A stretch of 63,708 nucleotides of DNA, filler included, from Jimgerdemannia flammicorona (lineage: Eukaryota): NCBI GenBank assembly GCA_003990765.1. It is 2 parts of 2 records of this genome, joined end to end, with 100 filler letters (N's around TTAATTAATTAA, not from the genome) between each part and the next. Parts side by side here need not be neighbours in the genome. Positions count along the whole stretch, not along the records: positions 1 to 31,811 come from RBNJ01000378.1; 1 more part is not named here. The stretch is one strand, 5' to 3'. The notes under the pieces are model-generated. The model was not told where the DNA came from. It searched no databases and was given only the letters and a program-made list of their open reading frames with translations. Both the position numbers and the translations under genes were made by a program. Positions 12,154-25,200 of the stretch are shown here, piece after piece (position 1 is the stretch's first letter; each line of letters opens with the position of its first letter).

Positions 12154-13234
12154 CAGCGGTTTATTGCCATGTAAAAGTATAGTCCTTATATATAAAATAC
12201 AAGATTCTAAAAGAGAAGATACACTACAATATGAGAGTAACCAAATTAGAAACCACATGACCACTGGAGATAAGCAGAGATAAAGAAAGAGCCAATCCCA
12301 GTTGCAGGATAAAAATGACAATCAAATACAAACAAAACAAATCCAAATCAAGATTAAAAATATCTGCAGACTCCAAAGGAGTAAGTATGAGTAAGGGGTG
12401 AGGCCAAAACAGAGTGAGCTGCAGTAAGCCTGAGTGAAGTAAGAGACCAAAGGCAGTAGAGGAGAGTAGAGTGAAGGCCAAGACCCTGGAGTGAGCATGA
12501 GACCCTAGAGAGGGTAAGGATGTTTTTAATCCTCTCTGGAAGAACTGGAGGCACTAGAAGGTAATGAAAATGCAAAGTGAGAGTGATGGATTAAAGAAGA
12601 AACAGAAGAAAGACATGATCTAGCAATCAGAGAGCACCAAGGAAGAGATGAAAGTCTATAACATGAAAGAGAAGAGCACAGAACAGTATTAGGGCATTAT
12701 GTGACCCAACAAGCATGATCAAATAGTATGATGAGAATCAGGAGTGGAAAAGAAGAGAGAGTATAGAGTGAGTAAGAAGGGAGAGAGGGAAGGAAAGGGG
12801 GGTAAAGAAGAGATAGAAGAGAAGAGTAAATAATAAACCATTCAACAGAAGCAAGTAGATCATGAATAATAGAAATAGGATAAGTATGGCAATAGACCAT
12901 GAAATTGCTGAGAACCTGAACTGCAGAAACCCAGTCAGAATGACAGAAGCAGTAAAGTATAAGATGACAAACCTCACTATGAATACATTCAAGAAGAATA
13001 TGATGAGAATGATTGGAACAAAAGTCAGAGGACTGTTGAGAATAGGGAAAGCAAGAATAAACAATAGTTCAGAAGAGAGAAAGAGAAATAGAAAGGTCCA
13101 AAAAGAGAATACTAATTGTACTACACACCTAGTGCTCCAAATAAGTCTATTTGAATTAAATCTGAATTTGATTCATCACATGATTATTTGATCTGAATCT
13201 CAAATCTAAAGTAATTCAAATCAACTCAGATTAA

Positions 13235-13520
13235 TCCAAATCACTCCATCCAAATCACTACATCCAAATCACCCATCTGAATCACCCTATCTGAATTACT
13301 CCATCTGAACTACTCAATCTAAACCACTCAATCCAAATTACTCAATCCAAATCACTCAATCCAAATTACTTAATCCAAATCACTCAATCCAAATCACTCA
13401 ATCCAAATCATCTAATTCAAATCCTTCAATTTGAATTCTCTGATTTGAATCCTTCAATCTGAATCCTCATCTAAATCCTTCAACTGAATTCTCTAATCTG
13501 AATTCTCCAATCTGAATCCT
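13235..13520. repeat. 14-bp subterminal tandem repeat (AATCACTCAATCCA-like) of the hAT left end
   Basis: About 20 diverged copies; resembles a deaminated form of the ATCCGAATC motifs in the MITEs. Confidence 0.85.
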
Positions 13521-13689
13521 CTATATAACTTATATGTCAGACACATTCATATATATAATACATACACATGCAAAATATATGCATACACACACAAACATAC
13601 AAATATACATATCAACAGATCAGACTTCAACAGTTTACAGTACTAATAATAATTCAAGTCAAATATCAATGATAGTTCCATACCTTCTA

Positions 13690-14290
13690 CACAATTCTCA
13701 CTTTAAAATCTGGCAATATTGTGCTAAGATGGAAGATGATATTGTTTGTAACTATTGTAGATAAAAAATTAAAAATAAAAAAAAATACACCTATAATATA
13801 ACTGAGACTTTATTTGATATATATATGATGCTGTTTTATTCACCCCTATAAACTGTATAGCCAGAAGTTCAAAATACTTAGTAGTTTGACTTTAAACATA
13901 TATTGATACATAAAAGACAAGTATTCTGACAAAATCAAAAAGAATATAAAGACAAATAAAATCGATATCCAAGCTATAGTAGGTATGTTTTTCTGATTAC
14001 CTGACTATTTCTATACTAATAACTCCATATAATCAAAAATATTTAGTTATACTCTTTGATAGAGTTTTGAAATAGACTCATTTACTGGATTGTGTGCACA
14101 GACCAGCCATTTACAACTATTGAAAGTGATCAATTGTATAGTATCTTTGGCCTCCACAAGCATGATTTATATTTGCTAAGTGCCAACACTATTTGCAAAG
14201 ATATCCTGAAGACCTATAGGAAGGAGTAGAATAATCTCTGCCAGACACTTCAGGTAAAATAAGAGTAGCATCATGACCTTTGCAAGCTGA
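13690..14290 (+). pseudogene. hAT transposase N-terminal fragment (BED zinc finger and dimerisation region)
   Basis: KIWQYCAKMEDDIVCNYC (BED-like); EF*NRLIYWIVCTDQPFTTIES (~14062-14127); LLSANTICKDI; SGKIRVA. Confidence 0.75.
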
Positions 14291-14655
14291 TTTAAATATA
14301 TATATTTATAAAGAGCTCAATAATTTAATCTCACATTCAATAAGCAGAATTTGGTAAGAAAAATTTCATTTATAATTGATATATAGATATTATAATAACT
14401 CTTATTTCTATCTCTCTCTGATCCTTTAAATACTTAGGGAAATAAGGTATTACTTAGGGACTTAGTACACAATGTATACTAAGAAGCCTTTAGTTTGAGG
14501 AAGTGCTTGCTTAAAAGTAGTTGTAGCAGCAGTATCTTATCTTTCAAAAGTCTTTCTGGTTTGCCCTACCTATCAAGAGTCTTATTCTTTGCTGTGTACA
14601 GACTGAATTTACTTTGGAATTCAGGTTCAATGAATTTACTTAAGTCTTTTATGAT

Positions 14656-15846
14656 CACTACCTTACCAGTCACAATGGTTTGGTAGGCCACAGGCAATAT
14701 GGGCAACATGGGCAACATGGGCAATATAGGCAACATGGGCAAGATGGTAAGACAGGCAAGATGGCAAGATGGCAAGATGGGCAATATGGGCAAGACGGGC
14801 AGATATGTAGCAAGATAGGTGAGGTGATATGGGCAAAATGGGCAACACAGGCAATATGGGCAACATGGGCAACATGGGCAATACAGGCAACATGGGCAAC
14901 ATGGGTGGGCAAGACAGGTAAGATGGGCGAGACAGGCAAGATGGCAAGATGACAAGATGGGCAATATGGGCAAAATAGGCAAGATGGGTAAGATGGGCAA
15001 GATGGGCAAGACAGGCAAGATGGCAAGATGGCAACATGGGCAATATGGGCAAGATGGGCAGATAGCAAGATAGGTGACATAGGCAAAATAGGCAACACAG
15101 GCAACATGGGCAATATGGGCAACATGGGCAATATAGGCAATATGGGTAACATGGGCGGGCAAGACAGGTAAGATGGGCAAGATAGGCAAGATGGCAAGAT
15201 GACAAGATGGGCAATATGGGCAAGATGAGCAAGATAGGCAAGATGGGTAAGATGGGCAAAATGGGCAAGATGGATAAGATGGACAAGACAGGCAAGACAG
15301 GCAAGATAGGCAAGATGAGCAAGATGGGCAAGATGGGCAAAATGGGCAAGATAGGCAAGACAGACAAGATGGGCAAGATGGGCAAGATGGGCAAGATGGG
15401 CAAGACAGGCAAGACAGGCAAGACAGGCAAGACAGGCAAGACAGGCAAGACAGGCAAGACAGGCAAGACAGGCAAGACAGGCAAGATGGGCAAGATGGGT
15501 AAGATAGCAAGACAGCAAGATGGGTGACATGGGCAAGATAGGCAGATGGCAAGATAGGCAATATGGGCAAGATGGGCAAAATGGGCAAAACAGGCAAAAC
15601 AGGCAAAACAGGCAACATGGGCAACATGGGCAATATGGGGGAGCAACACAGACAATATGAGCAATATGAGTGGGTAAGATAGGCAAGATGGACAAGATGG
15701 CAAGATGGGCAACATGGGCAAGATGGGCAGATGGTAAGATAGGCAACATGGGCAAGATGGGCAAAACAGGCAAAACAGGCAACATGGGCAACATGGGCAA
15801 TATGGGCAACATGGATAATGGGCAATACAGGCAACATGGGGGGGAG
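14656..15846. mobile_element. Unclassified TIR-less insertion filled with a 9-bp minisatellite, 15-bp TSD
   Basis: Flanked by TAAGTCTTTTATGAT (14641-14655) and TAAGTCTTTTGTGAT (15847-15861); single-copy site in the other B LTRs; left end hairpin CTACCTTACCA-GTCACAA-TGGTTTGGTAG; right end G-run then AG. Confidence 0.8.
14691..15840. repeat. Minisatellite of 9-bp (some 8-bp) units GGCAAGATG/GGCAACATG/GGCAAGACA
   Basis: More than 100 tandem units visible directly. Confidence 0.97.
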
Positions 15847-16414
15847 TAAGTCTTTTGTGATTTGTATACTGGGCTCAGTTCTGGCAGAAGTTAGCTAGGC
15901 TCCTGGAGTTTAGTCAGAAATATTAGAGTCACTTAGATATTATTACTAAGACTCAGAGAAATGTGTATATGTGTGGTGGAAACTTGATTCTTATATCAAG
16001 AACTGAACTAAAACTGCTTTATTTCAGATAGAAACTGGGGGGTATTTATACAAGTTAGTCTATGATTTCTGACTAAGTATGAGTGACTAATTTGGTAACT
16101 ATAGTGACATTTGTGATTATAACCTTTATCAGGTTGTTTGTGACAAAAAACACTTTATGATCAGGATCTTAATTACTAGACAATGATCAGCTGCTATGGT
16201 AATAGATGCTATAGTACCAATTGTCAGAAATAAGCTAGATATCATTTTTCATGTCATTTCATATTATTTGTCTATTGTTTGTAATATCATATGTCATGCT
16301 TGATCATATGATATCATCACTTACTGGATTATATGATCACTTATCACATCTTGTCTATTTACTTATTCATTCTATTACATTCTTTCCTCCTTAGAAATTA
16401 ACATCCTCATTAAT

Positions 16415-16705
16415 TTAGAAATTAAGAACTAGAGGAGAAAAAGGTAAAAAATCTTCCTCAGTATTGTTGCCTTCTTCTTCAGTAGCAGGAGGAGCAGTTG
16501 TTGATAGCTTGCTGTCTAGGATAGAGAAGTCAATAAGGTCTGCAAATAGTTCTTGTATTGGTATGGACATTGGTGTAGAGGTTCTCTATCTAATGTAATT
16601 GAGATCATCCAAGTAGAGTTCTTAATCCTCATATCTAGGGATATCCATTTGGATGAGCAGTCCTTCAAAGAGATCAGAGAGGCCTTAGAGTCATTAGTTT
16701 GGATT

Positions 16706-16754
<49 letters not shown>

Positions 16755-17387
16755 TTTTATAGTCATTTGGACTTCTTTCTTTATTAATATAGCCATCTAT
16801 CTCATAAATAATATACTAAGCCCACTCCTATCTGATCTCTCTAGGCCCCTCTCCCACTTCTCTTAGTCTGGATTATCATTTAGAAGGGGACTCTAGTGGG
16901 GCTTGATGTCAGTGGACTTGAGAGTAATCCAGGAGTTGGCTTCTTAGACAATTTTGATTTCTAGCTCATCAACCTTGGGGAAGAAGAGGTTCTGGAAATC
17001 CTTCAGTTGAACATAGTTGAGGTTAGAGATTGTAAAGAGTGTATGGTATATGATTTGATGGACCTTCTTGACTAGTCTTTGCTCATATCTGTCTAGGTGG
17101 GTCCAGTCTGAGACTTGGTCAGTGGGTAGATCCTTTGTATGCTAGAGGAGTTAATGGCTGATTTCACATTTATGCCAGATCTCTAGACAGGTGGTAGCAA
17201 GATAGGTCCTTTTGATAAGTTTATGGCAGTCAAGAACATACTGTCTTAGGTCCTGACTGGAGATATTAAGGATCTCAGAGTGGCAGTTTCTTCCTTAGAT
17301 AGCAACCTAGATATATCCAAAGAAGTGATCAATCTGGCTTGAGAGGGGCTAGCTATGGTGGGTAGTTTGGGAGCAGATAGTAGGCAT
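16415..17387 (-). pseudogene. Accessory 3' ORF3 of Gypsy-B1, interrupted by a LINE tail
   Basis: ATG at 17387; frame conserved with B3, including an 18-bp in-frame indel near the N-terminus. Confidence 0.6.
16708..16862 (-). mobile_element. 5'-truncated LINE 3' end with poly(A) tail
   Basis: Poly(T) on +; minus strand AATAAAG...AGTCCAAATGACT-poly(A); 14-bp TSD TTAGTTTGGATTGT (16694-16707) / TTAGTCTGGATTAT (16863-16876). Confidence 0.88.
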
Positions 17388-17986
17388 TCTTGTCTTGTCT
17401 TTTCTTTGTGGAGAGAGGGGAATAAGAGTTGCAGTGTATTCTTGTCTTGAGTATTTATACTTATTTGTCTATCTGGTATGACCTTAATTTGATCATGCTT
17501 TTCAGCAAAATATGTGACTTATTGCTGTAAGTGGGGTATGTACTGATCATCTGGAGAAATTCTGATTTCAAAGATATCACTATTTGCAATTGTAGTTATA
17601 CAGAGTTAACAGATCTTGCTCCTCTTTTTTTTTTATCTAGTTGGTGCATTTGTAAGGACTAGCCATCCTTGTCTAGGATGAGGGCTCTCATTGTCATGGC
17701 TGGGGGTTCAAACCTCTCAGAAATAGTATTTCTTGTAATCCAAGGTAATTCTTAGTAACAATATCTATCACATAGATGGACTTAGATTGGTTTTGACATT
17801 GTCAGCTTTCCTAAGTTTCATATGAAGCATCTGTCATCATCTAGTAGAGATGACACAGATGGTGTAAAATAGAGTAGCTCAAATGTATTTTGCTATACTA
17901 TACTAGATTATCTTTTGTCTGAGTATCTTCTTATTGATTAATTATAGTATTCCTTTTACTGCAATGTTTGCTATATACTCTAAATT

Positions 17987-20406
17987 TTAGAGCTGCAGTT
18001 CCTTTATCTGCTAGGGGGTGAGTATTTCCATGTAGTTCTAGAGAGCTTCATGTGTATTCTCCAGAGCTTCTTTCTTTTTCCAGATAGTATCATAGGTGGG
18101 ATAACTCTTCCACTTGATGGGAAAAAACTGCTTAACTGTTTTGGGATATTTGTTGACCTTGTGGTCAAGTAATTCCTCAATTTCGAATTCCTTGTAATCA
18201 TTAATCCTAATTGGGGGCAGTGGTAGAACTATATGCTCAGAGAATGGGTTCTCATAGTAGTCTACCAATTGGCTGATATAAAATACTTGGTATACTCAAA
18301 TATTGTAGGGAAGTTGCAACTTGTAGTTGACTTCACTGACTTTTTCCACAATCTTATATGGTCCAATTCTTCTAGCATGGAGTTTATTAGCTAGTTATTA
18401 TATCAGAGTATCTGGGTGGAGGTGGTCTATTCTAAGCATAACTATGTCACCAATATTATAGGGGACTTCTCTTTACTTCAAGTTTGTATACTTGGTCTAG
18501 TAGTTCTGTACTTCTATGAGAGCATCTCTTGTCATTCAGATAAGATCAGAAATAGTCTCAGCCAAATCTTGAGCTACTGGGACTACTGATTTCATAGTAG
18601 TGCTTAGAGTTCTTGAGTATTGACTATGGTTTAGGAAGAATGGTGTCTTCTTTGTAGAGGTTTTCTGGCTATTATTGTAGGCAAACTCAGTATGGGCAAG
18701 ATACTTGTCCCAATCATTCTGCTTATAATAGCAGAAGATGCTAAGTATCTGCTTGAGAGTCCTGTTGGTTTACTCAGTTTGACCATTAGTCTGGTAATAG
18801 TAGGTAGTAAAGAACTTCAGCTTAGTTCCATAGAGAGAGAAGAATGCTTTCCAGAAGTTGCTTATAAACTTCACATCTTGATCAAACATAATGGTACTAG
18901 GCATACTATATAGTCTGAATACTTAGTTAAGGAAAATCTCAGCAATTTCTGGTACTGTAGCAGTGGTCTTGGTGGATACAAAATGGGCTTGTTTGCTTAG
19001 ATAGTCTATGAATACCATAATGGCATCTCATCCTGCTTAAGTCTTGGGGAGCTGGACAATGAAATCCATTGTAATCTGATCCTAGTTATGACTCAGAATA
19101 GTCAGAGGTTGCAGAAGTCCTGCTAGTAGCTTATTACTACTTTTGAACCTTTGATATATCTCATATGAGACCACAAAGTCTTTGATATTCTTGATCATCT
19201 TTGGCCAGTAGAACTCTCTTGAGAGAATATTGTAGGTCTTCTTGAAACTAAAATATCCTACTGCAGGAGTATTATGGAGTTCCTGCATGATCTTGAGCTA
19301 TAGAGTATTATTATTTAGTATAACCACTCCATCATAGTCCCTGTAGATAAGTCCATCATGGTAAGTGAATCTCTTGGACATTTTCCTCATGGGTTCAAGG
19401 ACCTTGGCCTCTAAGTCTTGGCAGAATTGATGGAATTTCATCAGAGGGCTATCCTGCTGATAGCTATCCTTAATCATCTAGATAAGATCTCCAATTATCT
19501 CAACCATGAAGATAAGTTCATCTTCTATGTATCTGAAAAAACCATTAGCCACAAAGTTGGTTTTGTCTGGGATATACTTGATTTTCATATCAAAGTTAGT
19601 AATGATTTCTATCCAGTGGACTTATCTGTAAGTCAGCATGAGCTGTATATGAATGTACTACAGAGCATGGTAATCAGTATAGGCCACAAATAGTTATCCT
19701 AAGAGAAAATAGCACTATTCTTGGAGTGCAGTAACAAATGGCCAGAAGTTTCTTATTATAGATAGTATACTAGGTCTCAGCTGGCTTGAGCTTTTGGAAA
19801 AGATAGACCACTGGGCAATCCTCTTAACTGAGTACTGCCCCAATGACAATATCAGAGGCATCTGTAGTTAGAGTGAATGGTTTAGTAGAGTCAGGTGCAA
19901 TTAGCACTAAGGTCTCAGTAAGGAGTCTCTTGAGGTGGTCCATAGCCTGGGTGCACTTGGGGGTCCATTCAGTCTTTATATTCACTCTTTTGTAGGCCAG
20001 ACTGATTAGTGAGACTACAATTATAGAGTATTCTTGGATGAACCTTTGGGAGTAATCAGCAATACCAAAGAAGCACTAGAGAAGTTTGAGAGTAGTGGAG
20101 ATGAGAATATTCTTGAGGGCTGATACGTTTTGAGAGTCCACATTGATATCTTCAGTAGAGATAATATATCCTAAGTACTCAATCTGGTCTTGATAGAACT
20201 TATACTTACTCATTTTGGCATAGAGCTGGTATTCTTGCAGAAGGGTCAGTATCTGCCTGAGGTAGATGTAGTATAGCTCTACTGTTTTGCTGTAAATTAG
20301 TATATCATCAATATATACAAGGACATAAATATTGAGCAGTGATCCAAAGATGTCATTTATTAGATACTAGAATATTGCTGGTGTATTAGTCAAACTAAAA
20401 GGTATT
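17987..20406 (-). pseudogene. pol: Gypsy-B1 pol remnant: RT (partial)-RNase H-integrase-chromodomain
   Basis: YIDD, TTDASD, HNTPAVGYFS..KT..FYWP, FEIEELLDH...FPIKWKSYP..DTIW. Confidence 0.9.
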
Positions 20407-22260
20407 ATGTCTAGCTCTGAGTATCTGGAGAGAAGGAGGCCCAGTCTGAGTATTCCCAGGAGCTTTGCAGCTGCTACAGGAGCTGGTGTGGCTGCTGGAG
20501 GGGCAGGTGGGCAGGGGAGGACTGGAGGGATTGAGGTCTGGCATATAGTGGTTGGGAATAAGAGGGCTGTGACTAGGCCCATGGGGGTTAGACAGGGGGG
20601 ACATAATGTTGACAGGGGGAGAGGTCAGGTGATGAGTCAGGTGACAGGTCAGGTGGCTGGCAGGAGACAGGGGTCTGTTGGCATGATGCTGGGGACTGGT
20701 TCTTCTGTGGCTGAGCAGGTGGCTGGAGAGAAGACTGTGGGTGGCGCAGCTGTACCTGGTGGGATAACTACTAGTGTTTCGGAGGCCAAAGGAAAGGTAC
20801 CTCTGGTAGCTGGAACTGGCGAGCTGGTGGTGAGGCCCTTCTTTCACAAATCGGTGTCAACATTGGTGATCTTGGTGAACTTCCTGGGATTGGCAATATC
20901 AGCGAGAGAGATTCTGAGACTGGTGGGGGAGGAGGTGGCTGGAGCAGAGTCTCTGAAGTTCATCCCTTCAGCAGAGGCTATGGAGATTGAATTTGTAGAG
21001 GAGGAGGCAATGGTGAAGGTGCTGGAGAAAGGGATGACAGTCAAGGGTGTCCGGATTGGGATGGTGAGGTGTCTGAGGTGGGATCCACTTGCTGTTCAGC
21101 TGGTGGTGGAAGGACTGCCTACTCTGGGCAGGCAGGAGACTAAGGAGATGATGGTAGAGACACTGGGTGGATATGGTGAGATGGTGGACTTTGGATTCAT
21201 ATTCTTGGAGGGCACCAAGTTGAGGAATGGTAACTACAAGGTGATGCTGCATTTGGAAGGCAAGGAGGCAACTGAGCTGGACCACGATTGGCCTGAAGGG
21301 ATTTGAATTGGGGGGCAAGAGTGCAAGGTGTGGAGGAGGAAGGGAGTAGAACAGAAGGAGGAAGAGTTAGCAATCACTCTGGAGGAGAGAGAGGCTGCCA
21401 AGGAGCTGCGAAAGAGGAAGTGGGAGGAGTATGCAAAGGATTGGATCTGGATTGAGGCAGATGGCAAGTGGAAGAGGTGGAGGAAAGAGAACTGGGAGCA
21501 TCTACAGGCAGCCCTTCAGGGGGCGGCAGTGGAAGAGGAGACAAGAGTAGAGGCAACCAAGAATCAGATAGAAGGAGTGGAGGTGGCAGAGGTGTCCTTC
21601 TCCCAGATGGGTGGTGTAGAGGACTCAGCGCATGCACTGGTGAGAGGAAAGTGGGCAGATAAGGAGGAGGTTGGTGAAGGAGGCTTTGAGGTTGATGCTG
21701 AGGTGGTGCCAGAAACTCAGGTGGAGGACACCCATATGGCTGGGGCAGCGAATGTGCATTGGGAATGCCCAGAAGCTGGGGAGGTAATTTGTTTGGAGAA
21801 AGTGATAGAGGAGGATGAGCTGGTAGATGTGGCTTCTGATGTATTGGTAGACAGAGAACAACTGCAAGAGTTTAGCAGGACCCCCAGATCTTCAACTCCT
21901 GGGCCCCTGGTGATGATGGCAGAGAGTTGGTACCAGGTGGTATTGGAGGAGCTGGCTGAGGAGGATATCAAGGAAGTGGACATGTTTCATGGATCTCAGG
22001 AGGCATGGGACAGATTTCTCAAGATAGTGATACAGGGGCCTAAGCTGGTAATGGCAATGATAGCCACCCTTCTGGATGATGAAGAATATGATATTGATGA
22101 GAGCAGAATGGCTGACATCAGGAAGGTGGTGACAGAAAGAGTGGACCTGTTCTGCAACAGTGAAAATGGTAATCGAATCTGGAGGGTGATTTGTGAGGAC
22201 CAGCAAGAGATCATTAGAGGAAGGGCTGAGAAGGTGGTGGCAGTCCCGGCTGAGCTTTAA
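20407..22260 (+). pseudogene. LINE X1 ORF1 (RRM-like core, acidic C-terminus)
   Basis: ORFs 20407-21306 and 21328-22260 in one frame, split by a TGA. Confidence 0.85.
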
Positions 22261-22272
22261 ACAACTCTCTTA

Positions 22273-25200
22273 ATGATGATGAACAATCTACATATTTTAT
22301 CGATCAATGTCAATGGATTGCAGGATGGTGTTAAAAGATGGCAGCTTTTCAAATGGCTTAAAGTCAGAAGGTATGATGTTATGTTTCTTCAGGATGTTCA
22401 GGCTTATGGCAAGTCAGACTATGAGATTTGGAGTAAAGAATGGTATGGTGGAGCAGGTTGGAATATGCAGGTGGGTATCTTGATTGATATAGGCAAAGAT
22501 GAGTTGGTGGAGGTAGAGAGCTTTGGCAACAGACTGATTTGGGGAAGACTAAAAGGAGGGGCAGGTGATGGTTTGATGATTGGATTGGTTTACCTCCCTA
22601 CCATTGGCAGAGAGTGAAAGCAATGGGTTGAGGGATGGCAGGCATGGAATGGTCAGGAGGTAGTTGCTTTGAACATTTTGGGGGGGGACTTCAATATAGT
22701 GTATGATCAAGCACTGGACAGATCTGATGGTGGAGCAGGAGTTGCAGTATCATATGGACTTTCTCAATGGCTTCAGGTGGAGCGAGACATGGGCTTGGTG
22801 GACAGTGTTCATCAGTGGCAGGGGGATGCAGTGGGACCTTTCACCCAGTGGCACCCAGTTAGAACAATCTTAGTTAGGATACAAATAGACTGAGTGCTAG
22901 TGGCAAAGTACTGGAGTAATGTACTGGACACTGCTGAGGTGTGCTGGTGCCCTTGGTCAGATCACTGGGGAGTGGAGGTTTGCAGGAGATTCCAAGCAGC
23001 AGGCAGTGATAGTGGACACTGGCACCTCAATGTGGCCTTACTCAGAAGAAAGAAGGAGAGGGACAATTTTGTAATAGTTATGAAACAGGAAGTTAGGTGA
23101 TGGCAGAATGAAGGGCAGTTGATAGCAGAATGGTGGGGTAAATTCAAACACTTGGCTGGTGCTTACTGGCATGATGTTAGAGAAGTGGCTGGGAAAGAAC
23201 AGAAGGACAAAGAAAGGAGGGTGTAGAAGGGACTGAGATGGTGATTGAAGCTCTTGGAAAAGGGAAACTTGTCTGGGGAGGTGTGCCACTATTTGGCATT
23301 GGAGGTGGCTGAGTTGCAGGTAGATTTAAAGGTGTCAGAGACCAGGGTAGTGGATGGCCTGCTGGCCAGGCTACAAGCTAGACAGTTGGAAGAAGGAGAG
23401 AGGCTGATGAGATATCTGTCTGGTATCTTGAAGGCCAGGAGAGTATGATATAGCTGGGCTTCGGTTTTGTGTGAAGATGGAGTAGAGGTTTTGGGGATTA
23501 CTGACATATTAGGGGAGATATCTGGCCAATAGCAGGCTCTTTGGCAGGATGGCAGGGAGCAGTCTGAGGGCACAGAGTTTGAGGTAGATAATGGCAATAT
23601 GGTGAACAGTTGGCTGGTGGTGGCGATACCTGAGATAGGAGAAGCGGTCATGAGGGAGGTGTCCCTAGATGAAGTATTAGAAATACTGAGGAAGATGTAG
23701 ACTGGTTCATCCCCAGGGGAGGATGGGTTATCCTGAGAATTCTGGAAGGAGTTCAAGGCCAAGTTTGGTGACTGGTTGGTGGAGATGGCCAATGCTGTTC
23801 TGAAGGAGGGCTGCTAGATAGGTAATGGCTCCTTGGGGCTAGTTTCTCTTCTATACAAGGAAAAGGGGGATCGATGGGTGTGGTGTAATTGGTGGCCTAT
23901 CATGCTGCTGAATGTGGATAGAAAGTTGGTGTCAAAGATTCTAGCAGGGAGGATGCAGCAGTATGTTGGTGCACTAGTTGGGGAGGAGCAGTGTGGCTTT
24001 GTCAAGGGGAGGCAGATCAGAGATAGTACTGCCTGGGTGCAGAATATTTTAGAGAGCTGCAGGAGCTGGCAGGTGGATGGCCAGATGGTCTTTCTGGATC
24101 AAGAGAAGGCCTATGACAGAGTGTGGTGGAGTTACCTGGAGACTGTTCTGAGGAGGGCTGGGTTTGGTATAGTAGAGGCAGGGCATCTGATGGACTTAGT
24201 ATGGGAATGCCGAGCAGTGGTCATGATGAATGGATGGTGTAGACCAGAGTTTGCCTTAGGGTGAGGGGTACTGCAGGGGGATCCTCTCTCCCCCCTTCTT
24301 TATGTACTTTCTCTAGAGCCTCTGCTGGCATGGCTGAAGGGGCAGCTCTCAGGACTGAAGATGGGAGATGTGGTCTGGCAGCTGGGTACCTTTGTGGATG
24401 ATATGGTGGTAGGGTTGGGTAGTCAGGAGGATGTGGAAGCCCTGCAAGAAGGGGTTGGACAGTATGAGAGGCTGGCAGGGGTTAAGTTGAATTGGGGCAA
24501 GTGCAAGAAAATAGAACTTGGTGCTGGTCTGGGGGGTCATAGACAATTTGGACAATTGGTAGCCATGGGGAGTACGGTTCGATATCTGGGTATCTGGTTC
24601 TTGGTATATGGGACAGTTCTGCTGAAGGAGTGGTGGTGTGGTTTAATTCAGAGACTGGAAGGTGCTCTGACAGATTGGTCAGGGAGGAGCTTCTCCTTGG
24701 TTAACAGGGTAGTAGTTTTGAATGTATACTGGCTGCCCAAACTGTGGTATCTGGGTTATCATCTAGAATTCCCAGGGTGGGTGGTGCAGCAGTTGAAGAA
24801 GATTGTCAAAGGGTAGTTATAGCAGGGGGGCATCCACAGATTGGATGGGAGACTTTAGTGATGAGGACTTCAGATGGAGGCCTGGGGTTGGTGGATTTCA
24901 GATGCCAGCTGAAGGTGCTTCAGGGCTGGTGGGGGTGCCGAATGATGGAACTAGGTGAAGAAGGTTGGGGCAGACTGACCATGGACAATTGAGAGGTCCT
25001 GTTCTGCCCTCATGGTGAGGTTTGGAAGGATATGTGGGGCTTGCTTCAAGTTAGGAGTATAGGCTGACTGTGGTTTAAGGGGTTCTGATAGGGTATTGTA
25101 GAGGTTGGCAGGCCCAGAGATTGAGGTGGGTGAGAACCCTGAGCAGAGATGGTGGTGACTGGGAGATCTTCATGTTGGTGGCTACAGTCTGAAGGAGTAC

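Larger units (their letters stand above)
13130..14390 (+). mobile_element. Left end of a decayed autonomous hAT DNA transposon, truncated at the Gypsy-B1 LTR
   Basis: Starts TAGTGCTCCAAA (same TIR as the MITEs, CpG-decayed); subterminal repeats; transposase motifs downstream. Confidence 0.8.
14391..16379 (-). repeat. 3' LTR of Gypsy-B1, interrupted by the 14656-15846 insertion
   Basis: Termini TATAATAACT...CTATTACA (consensus TGTAATA...TATTACA); PPT-like TTCTTTCCTCCTT follows on +. Confidence 0.9.
14391..20406 (-). mobile_element. Chromovirus-type Gypsy family B, copy B1 (3' LTR, ORF3, 3' half of pol; cut within RT)
   Basis: Colinear with 32578-37283; breaks at 20406 where LINE X1 starts. 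Confidence 0.93.

Noticed and set aside
11882..13064. Hydrophobic minus-strand ORFs resembling membrane proteins
   Set aside because: Result of T/C-rich low complexity; overlapping frames, no motifs
14656..14660. CACTA terminus suggesting an EnSpm/CACTA element
   Set aside because: No TAGTG at the other end, TSD is 15 bp rather than 2-3 bp, and the sister copy reads TGCTA (ancestral CGCTA)
14566..15837. Long ORFs (423/380/352 aa; LPI, CPS, AHL repeats) and a collagen-like GKM/GKT ORF
   Set aside because: By-products of a stop-free 9-bp minisatellite: open in several frames, with 8-bp units shifting the register
14691..15840. CRISPR-like or telomeric array
   Set aside because: No unique spacers; units are heterogeneous, interstitial and TSD-flanked
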